Part shown: positions 9,876-17,768 of the stretch, one piece after another
How the letters are laid out: each line of letters starts with the position of its first letter
How positions within the stretch are numbered: the stretch's first letter is position 1
NCBI GenBank assembly: GCA_035540095.1
Contig: DATLHA010000109.1
Span: 2,263 to 66,262, forward strand
Direction of reading: 5' to 3'
Length of the DNA: 64,000 nucleotides
From: Acidimicrobiales bacterium
GTDB lineage: Bacteria; Actinomycetota; Acidimicrobiia; Acidimicrobiales; AC-14
The notes under the pieces: model-generated
What the model saw: the letters and a program-made list of their open reading frames with translations, nothing else
The model's database searches: none
Told to the model about the DNA's origin: nothing
Translations under genes and position numbers: made by a program

Positions 9876-10214
9876 ATGGTCAGCGCCGTGACCCAGCAAG
9901 AAGCCGGTCGCCTCTCCGAGGACCTCGCCGTCATCGCCGAGCCGCACCGCCTGCTCATGCTTCGCCACTTGCGACGGGGGCCCCGCAGCGCCGGCTACCT
10001 GGCCAAGGCGCTCGACCTGCCCCAGCCGCTGGCCGCCTACCACCTCTCGGTGCTCCTGCAGGCGGGGCTGATCACCAAGCGGCGCAACGGGCGCTTCACC
10101 TGTTACGCGGCCGACCACGACCGGGTCAGGGAGTTGCACCGCACGATGGGCCGCCTGGTCGGTGCCTCCGGCGCGGTCGCCGAGGCCCGCTTGGCCGCCG
10201 ACGACCCGTGCTGA
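9876..10214 (+). CDS. ArsR/SmtB family transcriptional regulator
   Basis: ORF 9867..10214 trimmed to ATG 9876: LAVIAEPHRLLMLRHLRRGPRSAGYLAKALDLPQPLAAYHLSVLLQAGLITKRRNGRFTCY winged HTH. TACAGT-N8-ATG upstream. Confidence 0.8.
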   Translation: MVSAVTQQEAGRLSEDLAVIAEPHRLLMLRHLRRGPRSAGYLAKALDLPQPLAAYHLSVLLQAGLITKRRNGRFTCYAADHDRVRELHRTMGRLVGASGAVAEARLAADDPC

Positions 10215-11806
10215 CCGGCGAGGCGGTCAGTCCAGGATCGCTCAGCCTGGAAGGCGGCGTCCGCTGCTACCCGGACCGGGTGCGCACCATCGTCGAGGCC
10301 CTCGACCGGGCGGTGCGGCTCTTCCCGGACACCGTGGCCCTGGAGACGCCCGAGGGCGACGTCACCTACGCCGAGCTGGCCGAGCTGGTCGAGGGAGCGT
10401 CCGAGCGGCTGCTGGAGCAAGGCCTGGCGCCCGGCGACCGGTTCGCCGTGGCCCTGCGCAACGGGCTCGACATCGCCGTCGCCATCTGGGCCGCGGCCCG
10501 CACCGGGCTCATCTTCGTGGGCCTGTCCACCAAGCTGGCGCCGACCCAGTGGGCGTACATGCTGGCCCACTCCGGCGCCGGCCTGGCCCTCGGCCACCCG
10601 GAATGCATGGAGGGGCTGCGCCGCGCCGGCGCCGAGGCGGGCCTCGCCCCCCACCGCATCCGCGACGTCGGCGACCACCTCACCGGCCGGCGCCGGCCGT
10701 GGCGGGGCGCCACCGTCGAGTTCCCCGACGAGGATGCAACCTACGCGGTGATCTACACCTCCGGCACCACCGGCCGCCCCAAAGCCAGCCGGGTCGTGCA
10801 CCGGGGCACCATGCACTCTGCCATCGCCTACGTGCGCACCCTGGCCCTGACCGCCGGCGACCGCACCGCCATCGTCTTCCCGCTGTACTACATCACCGGC
10901 CACGTGGCCCAGGTCACGCCGATGATGCTGGTCGGCGGCACATCGGTGCCCGTGCCCGACGTCGTCCCCCGGGAGTTCGTCCAGCTGATCGCCCGGCGCC
11001 GTATCACCTACCTGATGGTCGTCCCCTCGATCTGGCCACTCCTCCTGCGCGACGAGAACTTCACCTGGCCCCACCTGGCCCACGTCGAGATCGGCGCCTT
11101 CGGCGGCTCGCCCGTGCCCATCTCCACCATCACCGCTCTGCGAGCCCGCATGCCCCAGCTGCGCCTCTACGACGCCTACGGGCTCACCGAGACCCACTCA
11201 CCCGCCACCATCCTCCTGGATTCGGAGTTCCGCCGGAAGCCCGGCTCGGTCGGCCGCCCCCTTCCCTGCGCCGACGTCAGGGTGGTGGACGACGACGGCC
11301 ACGACGTGCCGGTCGGCGAGGCGGGTGAGCTGTGGATCAGGGGGCCGATGGTGACCACCGGCTACTTCGCCGACGAGCCCGCTACCGCGGCGGCGATCAC
11401 CGACGGCTGGCTGCACACGGGCGATTACGCCAAGGTCGACGGCGAGGGCTACGTCTTCATCCTCGACCGCAAGAAGGACATGATCATGCGGGGCGGCAAC
11501 AAGGTGTACTCCGTCGAGTTGGAGTACCTGCTGGTCAGCCATCCCGACATCGCAGAGGCGGCGGTGTTCGGCGTGCCCGACCGGCTGGCCTACGAGTCGG
11601 TGGCGGCCTATGTCGTCCCTGCCACCGGCCGTTCGGTCGAGCCGGAGACGGTCCAGAACTGGGTGGCGACGCACATGGCGGCATTCGCCGTGCCCCGCCA
11701 CGTCCGCATCGTCGATGTGATCCCCCGCAACCGCACGGGAAAGATCGACAAGCTGGCTCTGAGGGAGACGATGGAACTGGAACTGCAGGCGGCGAGGGCC
11801 CGATGA
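10208..11806 (+). CDS. AMP-dependent acyl ligase (acyl-CoA/acyl-ACP synthetase, FAAL/FACL type not resolvable by eye)
   Basis: In frame with ORF 9848..11806. GTG 10208 overlaps the arsR stop (GTGCTGA). Motifs IYTSGTTGRPKA, GELWIRGPMVTTGYF, WLHTGDYAKVDGEGYVFILDRKKDMIMRGGNKVYSVELE, RNRTGKIDK; 532 aa. Confidence 0.85.
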   Translation: MLTGEAVSPGSLSLEGGVRCYPDRVRTIVEALDRAVRLFPDTVALETPEGDVTYAELAELVEGASERLLEQGLAPGDRFAVALRNGLDIAVAIWAAARTGLIFVGLSTKLAPTQWAYMLAHSGAGLALGHPECMEGLRRAGAEAGLAPHRIRDVGDHLTGRRRPWRGATVEFPDEDATYAVIYTSGTTGRPKASRVVHRGTMHSAIAYVRTLALTAGDRTAIVFPLYYITGHVAQVTPMMLVGGTSVPVPDVVPREFVQLIARRRITYLMVVPSIWPLLLRDENFTWPHLAHVEIGAFGGSPVPISTITALRARMPQLRLYDAYGLTETHSPATILLDSEFRRKPGSVGRPLPCADVRVVDDDGHDVPVGEAGELWIRGPMVTTGYFADEPATAAAITDGWLHTGDYAKVDGEGYVFILDRKKDMIMRGGNKVYSVELEYLLVSHPDIAEAAVFGVPDRLAYESVAAYVVPATGRSVEPETVQNWVATHMAAFAVPRHVRIVDVIPRNRTGKIDKLALRETMELELQAARAR

Positions 11807-12063
11807 GCGACATGGAGCCACAGGTCCGCCAGATCGTCGCCGTCCACCTCGACGTCGACCCCAACCGCCTGAAGCCGGAGGCCCGGCTGGGCGAGGACCT
11901 GTGCGTGGACTCCCTCGCCGCCATCGAGCTGGCCATGGTGCTGGAGGACGAGTTCGACATCGCCCTGCCCGAAGAAGTGGTGAGCTGCGTCCGCACCTAC
12001 GGCGACGTGGTGCACCTGGTGGGCGAGAAGGTGGCCGGCCGGGCAGGTTCGCCGGCCTGCTAG
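11803..12063 (+). CDS. acyl carrier protein
   Basis: ATG 11803 overlaps the ligase stop (ATGA). MSDMEPQVRQIVAVHLDVDPNRLKPEARLGEDLCVDSLAAIELAMVLEDEFDI with DSL phosphopantetheine site; 86 aa. Confidence 0.85.
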   Translation: MSDMEPQVRQIVAVHLDVDPNRLKPEARLGEDLCVDSLAAIELAMVLEDEFDIALPEEVVSCVRTYGDVVHLVGEKVAGRAGSPAC

Positions 12064-13196
12064 ACGAGGGGCGTGTCGGGCTCCAGCCCGAACATGACCC
12101 GCCCCACCGTCTCGTATCCGGTGAACGCCAGCACGACGTGCTGGCCGAGGGCGTGGATGTCGCGGTGCCGGCGCTGCAGCGGGTGGCTGTCGAAGAGGGC
12201 GGTAGTGCCGGCCGCCCGGAAGCACAGGTCGACGGCGGTCGCTGCCGCCGAGGCGGCGTTGACGCACGCCAGCCGGGCCACGGCCCGCTCCTGCAGGGTG
12301 GTGCCGGGCCCGAGGCCCCCGAGGATCTCCAGGAGGAAGGCCCGCGCCGACCGTTCTGCCGCGTCGGCCCGGGCCACCATCGCCTGGACGACGTCGCGCT
12401 CGGCCAGCCGGCGGGTGCTGCGGTACGGCGTCTTGGTGGCGGCCAGCTCGACGAGGTCGTCGATCGCGCCCCGGGCGATGCCGAGCGCCACCGCGGCGGC
12501 GGGGGCGAAGAACAGCGGCATGGGCGGGATGCGCCACATGGCGCCGGCCGGCCACGGCGTGAAGTCGAACGGGAGGGTGTGCGCCGCCGGCACGTCGAGC
12601 TCGCGCACCTCGTAGTCGTGGCTGGCGGTGGCCCGCAGCCCGGAGGCGTGCCAGGTGTCGTGGATCGTCGCCTCGCTCACGGGGAAGAAGGCCAGGCACC
12701 CCCGCGGGCGGCCCTCGTCGTCGGTCAGCGGGTCGCCGTGGTCGTCGACCAGCAGGCAGGCGCCGGACAGCCAGTCCGAGTGGGAGCCGCCGCTTCCGAA
12801 CCTCCATCGCCCGCGGAGCCGGAGGTTCCCGTCGCCGTCGACGGTGGCCCGCCCGGCGGCGTCGAACGAGCCCGCGGACAGGATCGAGGGCGAGGAGAAG
12901 ATCTCCCGGGCGCCGGGCTCGGGCAGGAAGGCGGCCAGGGCGTTGGTGCTCAGCGCCACCGCTGCGCACCAGCCCGTCGACCCGTCGGCGGCCGACAGGG
13001 TGGCGATGGCGTCCACCACCTCCGCCGGCGGCGCTTCGGCCCCGCCCAGCTCGGCGGGGAGCCACATCGCACCGATGCCGCCGGCCCGCAGGTCGGCGAC
13101 CACGTCGTCGGGGAGTCTGCCGGCGGTCTCCATCGCCGCCGAGCGCGCCGCCAGCCGACCGGCCATCCGCTCGGCCGCGTCGAGGGCTGAACTCAT
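12060..13196 (-). CDS. acyl-CoA dehydrogenase-fold flavoprotein (type-2 ACAD; dehydrogenase or DszC/SfnB-like monooxygenase)
   Basis: ORF 12060..14543(-) trimmed to ATG 13196, which overlaps the upstream stop (ATGA): MSSALDAAERMAGRLAARSAAMETAGRLPDDVVADLRAGGIGAMWLPAELGG...PLQRRHRDIHALGQH; 378 aa. Confidence 0.8.
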   Translation of the reverse strand: MSSALDAAERMAGRLAARSAAMETAGRLPDDVVADLRAGGIGAMWLPAELGGAEAPPAEVVDAIATLSAADGSTGWCAAVALSTNALAAFLPEPGAREIFSSPSILSAGSFDAAGRATVDGDGNLRLRGRWRFGSGGSHSDWLSGACLLVDDHGDPLTDDEGRPRGCLAFFPVSEATIHDTWHASGLRATASHDYEVRELDVPAAHTLPFDFTPWPAGAMWRIPPMPLFFAPAAAVALGIARGAIDDLVELAATKTPYRSTRRLAERDVVQAMVARADAAERSARAFLLEILGGLGPGTTLQERAVARLACVNAASAAATAVDLCFRAAGTTALFDSHPLQRRHRDIHALGQHVVLAFTGYETVGRVMFGLEPDTPLV

Positions 13197-13929
13197 CGCT
13201 GCGCCACCAGCCGCCGGATGCGATAGGCCAGGTCCACCGGGACAGCCTGCCGCAGTTTCTCGACTGCGGCGGCCACCTGCGCCGGTCCCGCGCCTGGAGA
13301 GTAGAACGACCGCACGACACGTTCGGCGTCGTCGCCGCCGGTGACGGCCCGGACGAACACCGCCGTCTCGTCGCCGGCAAGGGTCAGGCCCGATGCCCTG
13401 AACCGCTCGGCCAGCCCGTCGCCGTCCAGGGGCTCGGGGTAGGTGAGGCGGATCTGACCGAGCGCCCGCAGGAGGTCGACGAAGAGCGGTGCTGACCCGG
13501 CTTCCTCCCGCGACGGCACGGTGGCGACGAAGGTGCCTCCGGGGCGCAGGAGCCGTGCCGCCTCGGCCAGCGCCGCTTCGAGCGGGTGCATGAGCATCAC
13601 GCCATCGAGGTGACCACCGCGCCGGCACAGCCGCTCGCCAGTGGCAGGGCGGGCACGCGGGCCTGCACCCGCAGACCGGTGCCCCGCGACAGCTCGCCGG
13701 CCGACTGGTCGACGCCCACGACCGGCCCGCCGGCCAGGCGGCGGGCCAGCGGACCGCTCCCGCAGGCCAGGTCGACGACGGCCGACGCGCCGGCGGGGAC
13801 GGCTTCGAGGAGCCAGTCGTACGGCGACCGGCCGGTGCGGTCCCTGGCGCCGGCCAACAGATCCTCGGTCGTGCCGGGGTTGGCGTCGTGGTAGTCGGCG
13901 ACGTAGCGCTCCCAACGGGCGTCAGGCAT
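13193..13929 (-). pseudogene. class I SAM-dependent methyltransferase interrupted by a 1-nt frame break near 13600
   Basis: The N-terminal part (ORF 13597..13929) carries motif I, VVDLACGSGPLA, and ends ...AVVTSMA*. The C-terminal part (ORF 13193..13915 frame) resumes GVMLMHPLEAALAEAARLLRPGGTFVATVP. Span is 737 nt (3n+2). Restoring one base gives ...TSMAVMLMHPLE... Confidence 0.65.
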
Positions 13930-14680
13930 CGAGGACCTCCGCCAGCACGCCGGCCTTGAGCTCGACGAACCGGGGGTCGGCGAGGGTGGCCCGACCCTTG
14001 GGCTCGGGCAGGTCCAGCGCCAGCTCTTGGACGACGGTGGCCGGCCGGTGCGACAGGCGGAGGAGGCGGTGGCCCAGAAGCAGGGCCTCCTCCACGTCGT
14101 GGGTGACGAGCAGCGTGGCCGTCCGGCGCTCGGCCAGCAGCCCGATCAGCCACTCCTGCATCCGCAGGCGGGTCTGGGCGTCGAGGGCGCCGAACGGCTC
14201 GTCGAGCAGCAGCAACGGCGGGCTGTTGGCCAGCACCTGGGCGATGGCCGCCCGCTGGCGCATGCCGCCCGAGAGCTGGCGGGGCAGCTGGTCGGCGGCG
14301 CCCCGCAGGCCGGTGGCATCCAGGAGCTCGTCGGCGATCGCCCTGGCGTCGCGGTCGCCCAGCGCCCGAGGCCCCCACTCGAGGTTGGCCCGTAGCGACA
14401 GCCAGGGGAACAGCGTGGCCCCCTGCACGACCATCGGGCGCTCGGGCGAGGGCCCGCGCACCGGTTGGCCGTTCTCCTCCACCCGGCCCCGGTCGGGCCG
14501 CTCCAGGCCGGCGAGCACCCGCAGCAGGGTCGACTTGCCGCATCCGCTGGGACCGAGCACGGCGACGATCTCACCCGGCGCGACCGACAGGGTGATGTCG
14601 GCGAGCACGGGGAGGGCGCCGTAGGACTTGGCCACCCCGGCGGCGGCGAGGGCGGGGCCGGCGGTCAGGCGTCCGCCCAC
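13922..14680 (-). CDS. ABC transporter ATP-binding protein (NitT/TauT nitrate/sulfonate/bicarbonate family)
   Basis: [16 protein letters not shown] (Walker A), LSGGMRQRAAIAQVL, LLLLDEPFGALD. GTG 14680 chosen as start (overlaps the permease stop by 16 nt); the start is uncertain. Confidence 0.85.
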   Translation of the reverse strand: MGGRLTAGPALAAAGVAKSYGALPVLADITLSVAPGEIVAVLGPSGCGKSTLLRVLAGLERPDRGRVEENGQPVRGPSPERPMVVQGATLFPWLSLRANLEWGPRALGDRDARAIADELLDATGLRGAADQLPRQLSGGMRQRAAIAQVLANSPPLLLLDEPFGALDAQTRLRMQEWLIGLLAERRTATLLVTHDVEEALLLGHRLLRLSHRPATVVQELALDLPEPKGRATLADPRFVELKAGVLAEVLDA

Positions 14681-15549
14681 CGGGTGAACCTGCGGGTGAC
14701 GGCCCGCAGCAGGAGGTCGCCGGTGAGGCCGATGACGGCGAACGCCACCATGCCGACGATGATCTGGTCGAGCCGGCTCACCTCCCGGGCCGAGAACATC
14801 ATCGCCCCCAATCCCCGGCTCGAGCCGGTGAGCTCGGCCACGATGACGGTCGTCCAGCCCAGGGTCAGCCCCAGGCGGAGGCCGGTCACGATGCCGGGCA
14901 GCGCAGCCGGCACGTAGACCCGCCGGGCCAGATCCCGCTGCCGGGTGCCCAGCATCCGGGCGGTGTCGACCAGCTGGCGCGGCACCCGGGCCGTGCTGTC
15001 GGCGGTGGCCACCACGATCGGCGACACCGCGCCCACGAAGATCAGGAACCGGGCGGCGCCGTTGCCCAGCCCGAACCACACCAGCGAGATGGGCAGCCAG
15101 GCGGTGATGGGCACCGAGCGGAGGGCCTGGAAGAGAGGGTCGATGGCGGCGGAGGTCCATCGCGACAGGCCCAGCGCCAGCCCGAGCGGCAGGCCGACGC
15201 CGAGGGCGATGGCGTAGCCGATCGCCCAGCGGCCGACGCTGGCTTGGATGTGCTCGGCCGCCGCGCCACGGAAAGGGACGACACCCGGCACCGCCGACCG
15301 CTTCGACGCGAAGACGAAGTCGCGCCCGCTCTTGGCCACGTCGGCCGGCGCCGGCAGCAGCCGCTCCGAGAGGGCGCCGGTGGCGCTGAGAGCCGCCCAG
15401 ACGGCCAGGAGGAGCGCCGGGAACGCCAGCCCCACGACCACCCGTCGCCACCCCGACAGCCGCCGGCGGGTGGCGATGTCGCTGCTCGGCCCGAGGACGT
15501 CACCGAGGTCGAGACCGGCGTCGCCTTCCGCCTCACGCAGCGCCGCCAT
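14665..15549 (-). CDS. ABC transporter permease (NitT/TauT family)
   Basis: ORF track 294 aa, multi-TM, BPD-type EAA-like loop TARMLGTRQRDLARRVYVPAALPGI. Confidence 0.85.
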   Translation of the reverse strand: MAALREAEGDAGLDLGDVLGPSSDIATRRRLSGWRRVVVGLAFPALLLAVWAALSATGALSERLLPAPADVAKSGRDFVFASKRSAVPGVVPFRGAAAEHIQASVGRWAIGYAIALGVGLPLGLALGLSRWTSAAIDPLFQALRSVPITAWLPISLVWFGLGNGAARFLIFVGAVSPIVVATADSTARVPRQLVDTARMLGTRQRDLARRVYVPAALPGIVTGLRLGLTLGWTTVIVAELTGSSRGLGAMMFSAREVSRLDQIIVGMVAFAVIGLTGDLLLRAVTRRFTRWADA

Positions 15550-15555
15550 GCCTGC

Positions 15556-16590
15556 TCAGCTCTTGGGCTGGTAGTCCAGGAGGAGCAGGTCGTCGATCCT
15601 GGGCTTGGTGGTGATCACGCCCTGGGCGAGCATCATCTCCGCCGCCCCCTCGAACTGGGCCCGACGGGTCTGGTCGAACTTCCAGACCGCGCCGACGTTC
15701 TCCAGCACCGCCCTGTAGACCGGCTCGGAGTACTCGAACTGCTCGACGAGGAGCTTGCGCCACGGCTCCGGGGCGTTGACCCCGTTCGGGGTGAAGTACT
15801 CGGCCGCGTCGCGCTGCATCTTGGCCACCGCCGTCAACAGGTCGGCGTCGTTGAGGTTCTTGGGCGCCGCCCACATGGCGGTGTTGATGTCGCCCGCCGG
15901 CGTGCCGTACACCTCGTTGATGCGCACGCCCCGCCCGGAGACGACGCTCTGGGTGCAGAGGGGCTCGGTGCCCATGTAGGCGTCGACGTCGCCCCGCTCC
16001 AGCACCGCCGGCTGATCGGCGAAGGCGACCGGCACCGCGGTGACGTCACGGTCGAACCTGAGCCCGACCTTGTCGAGCGCGGTGTTGATGGCGAGCACCT
16101 GGACGCCAGGCGGTGGCAGGGCCACCTTCTTGCCCTTGAGGTCGGCCACGGTCCTTATGCCGCGGTCGGAGCGGGCGATGAGGCCGATGCCCTGCCGGGA
16201 GCACATGGAGATGACCTTGGCCCTGAGGCCCGTCGTCGTGGCCTCGATCATCGTGTTGTAGTAGCCCATCAGGCCGAAGTCGAGCTCCCCGGCGGCCAGC
16301 AGCCGGCTGATCTCGGCCGCGCTGGTCACGATCACCGGCTTGACCGTGAGCCCCGGCGGGGCGAACCTCTGCCACTCCAGCATCGACGAGGCATGGTTCC
16401 TGGCGTAGACGGCGGTGGTGATCGTCCTGCCGCCGAAGTCCTTGGCGGCCGCCTGGCCCGGGGTCGGGGCGGTGGTGTCGGTGGTGGCGGTGTCGTCGTC
16501 GCTGCCACATGCCGAGAGCAGGAATGCCGCTGCTGCGCCGCCGGCGGCGAGGCCGAGAAACCGCCGCCGGCTCAGGTTGTCTTCGGTCAC
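15556..16590 (-). CDS. ABC substrate-binding lipoprotein (NMT1/SsuA-like) with Tat signal
   Basis: ORF 15556..16653(-) trimmed to GTG 16590: VTEDNLSRRRFLGLAAGGAAAAFLLSACGSDDD (twin-Arg plus lipobox); 344 aa. Confidence 0.8.
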   Translation of the reverse strand: MTEDNLSRRRFLGLAAGGAAAAFLLSACGSDDDTATTDTTAPTPGQAAAKDFGGRTITTAVYARNHASSMLEWQRFAPPGLTVKPVIVTSAAEISRLLAAGELDFGLMGYYNTMIEATTTGLRAKVISMCSRQGIGLIARSDRGIRTVADLKGKKVALPPPGVQVLAINTALDKVGLRFDRDVTAVPVAFADQPAVLERGDVDAYMGTEPLCTQSVVSGRGVRINEVYGTPAGDINTAMWAAPKNLNDADLLTAVAKMQRDAAEYFTPNGVNAPEPWRKLLVEQFEYSEPVYRAVLENVGAVWKFDQTRRAQFEGAAEMMLAQGVITTKPRIDDLLLLDYQPKS

Positions 16591-16696
16591 ACCCGCCCTT
16601 CCACGAATCAAGATGGATTGATGACCGTAGTGGCGGGCCGAGGGCCGCTGCAAGGCAGCAGAGCATCACCAGCTGGCCGGCCGTGACCGCTTGGGA

Positions 16697-17083
16697 CTAG
16701 CGCTCGATGAGCTGGCAGTACCCGCCGGCGCCGGCGCGAGCGGCTCGCCCCCGCCCTGACAGCCGGCGCAGCTCGACGCGCATCTTCTCGAGCGCCACGA
16801 CCTGCGCGGTGATCTCCCGCACCCGACGGTCGACCAGGTCGAGCACGTGCCCGCAGGGCTCCTCGCCCGCGTCGCGCAGGGACAGGATCTCCTTGATCTC
16901 GGCCAGGGTGAAGCCGACGGCCTGTGCCGCCTTGACGAACCGGAGCCGGTCGCCGGCCGACGCGTCGTAGGAGCGGTACCCGTTGGCGTGCCGTGCCGGC
17001 GCCGGCAGCAGGCCGATCGCCTCGTAGTACCGGATGGTCTTCGCCGGTACCGACACCGCCTCTGCCAACTCCCCGATGCGCAC
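16697..17083 (-). CDS. MerR family metal/redox-responsive regulator (CueR/ZntR-like)
   Basis: MRIGELAEAVSVPAKTIRYYEAIGLLPAPARHANGYRSYD HTH, Cys in EEPCGHV and C-terminal YCQLIER; 128 aa. GTG start with TACGGT-N7 upstream. Confidence 0.85.
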   Translation of the reverse strand: MRIGELAEAVSVPAKTIRYYEAIGLLPAPARHANGYRSYDASAGDRLRFVKAAQAVGFTLAEIKEILSLRDAGEEPCGHVLDLVDRRVREITAQVVALEKMRVELRRLSGRGRAARAGAGGYCQLIER

Positions 17084-17090
17084 GGGTTCG

Positions 17091-17096
17091 ACCGTA
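17091..17096 (-). promoter_or_regulatory. -10-like hexamer TACGGT, 7 nt before the merR-like GTG
   Basis: Minus strand TACGGT cgaaccc GTG. Same hexamer as the divergent promoter, forming ACCGTA...TACGGT 30 nt apart. Confidence 0.45.
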
Positions 17097-17100
17097 GCGC

Positions 17101-17132
17101 TTGACCTTCCAGTGCGGGGGAATGTGTACGGT
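17101..17132 (+). promoter_or_regulatory. MerR-type promoter/operator: TTGACC - 20 nt spacer with dyad - TACGGT
   Basis: TTGACCTTCC begins like E. coli PcopA (from memory). Over-long 20-nt spacer contains the imperfect dyad ACCTTCC (17104-17110) / GGAATGT (17119-17125). The -10 ends 7 nt before ATG 17140. Confidence 0.6.
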
Positions 17133-17139
17133 CGACGAC

Positions 17140-17406
17140 ATGGCTCAACGAATCGAGATCTTCAGCGCCGGGTGTCCCGTCTGCGTCGCCGGCGAGGCCC
17201 GCGTGCGCGAGCTGGCCGGCGACCACCAGGCAGTGGTCGTCCACGACCTCCGCAGCGACCCCGCAGCCGCGGCGCGCGCCTCCGAGCAGGGCATCAACGC
17301 GGTGCCCGCCGTGGTGGTGGACGGCCGCCTGCTCGGCTGTTGCAGCAACGCCGGCCCCGACACCGCCGAGCTCATCGCCGCCGGGGTGGGGCAACCGCCG
17401 GCGTGA
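17140..17406 (+). CDS. small thioredoxin-fold protein (CPVC motif)
   Basis: ORF 17101..17406 trimmed to ATG 17140: MAQRIEIFSAGCPVCVAGEARVRELA...GINAVPAVVVDGRLLGCCSNAG; 88 aa. Driven by the MerR-type promoter. Confidence 0.7.
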   Translation: MAQRIEIFSAGCPVCVAGEARVRELAGDHQAVVVHDLRSDPAAAARASEQGINAVPAVVVDGRLLGCCSNAGPDTAELIAAGVGQPPA

Positions 17407-17768
17407 GGCGCCTCGCCGTCCTGCTGCTGGCGGGCACCCTGCTCGCCTGCGGCGCCGGCGATGACAGCGGGTCTCCCGACGACGACCCAGTGCTTCGCCC
17501 GGGTGACGTGGTCACGGTCTCGAAGGCATGCCGGGACGCCTTCGACACCGGCCACATGAGGGAGCAGTCGGGCACGCCGACGGCGGACGCTTTCCTTGCT
17601 TCGGTACAGATCTGCTCCAGCCTGGCCGAATGGTCATCGGCGGCCCGGGAGGCCGGCACCCGCTTGAACGGTCAGGAGCCCCGCTTCGTCAACGGCGTGT
17701 GCACCTCCGCCGGCGACCCCGCCACCCAGGCGTCGGCGATCTGCGTGCAGGCCAAAGCCGAGGCTTAG
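17403..17768 (+). CDS. Cys-rich lipoprotein, unknown function
   Basis: In frame with ORF 17034..17768. GTG 17403 overlaps the upstream stop (GTGA). VRRLAVLLLAGTLLACGAGDD lipobox, four further Cys; 121 aa. Confidence 0.6.
   Translation: MRRLAVLLLAGTLLACGAGDDSGSPDDDPVLRPGDVVTVSKACRDAFDTGHMREQSGTPTADAFLASVQICSSLAEWSSAAREAGTRLNGQEPRFVNGVCTSAGDPATQASAICVQAKAEA

Noticed and set aside
13590-13610. Programmed ribosomal frameshifting as an explanation for the methyltransferase and LuxR frame breaks.
   Set aside because: There is no slippery heptamer or downstream structure at either site. Simple indels (mutation or assembly error) are more parsimonious.
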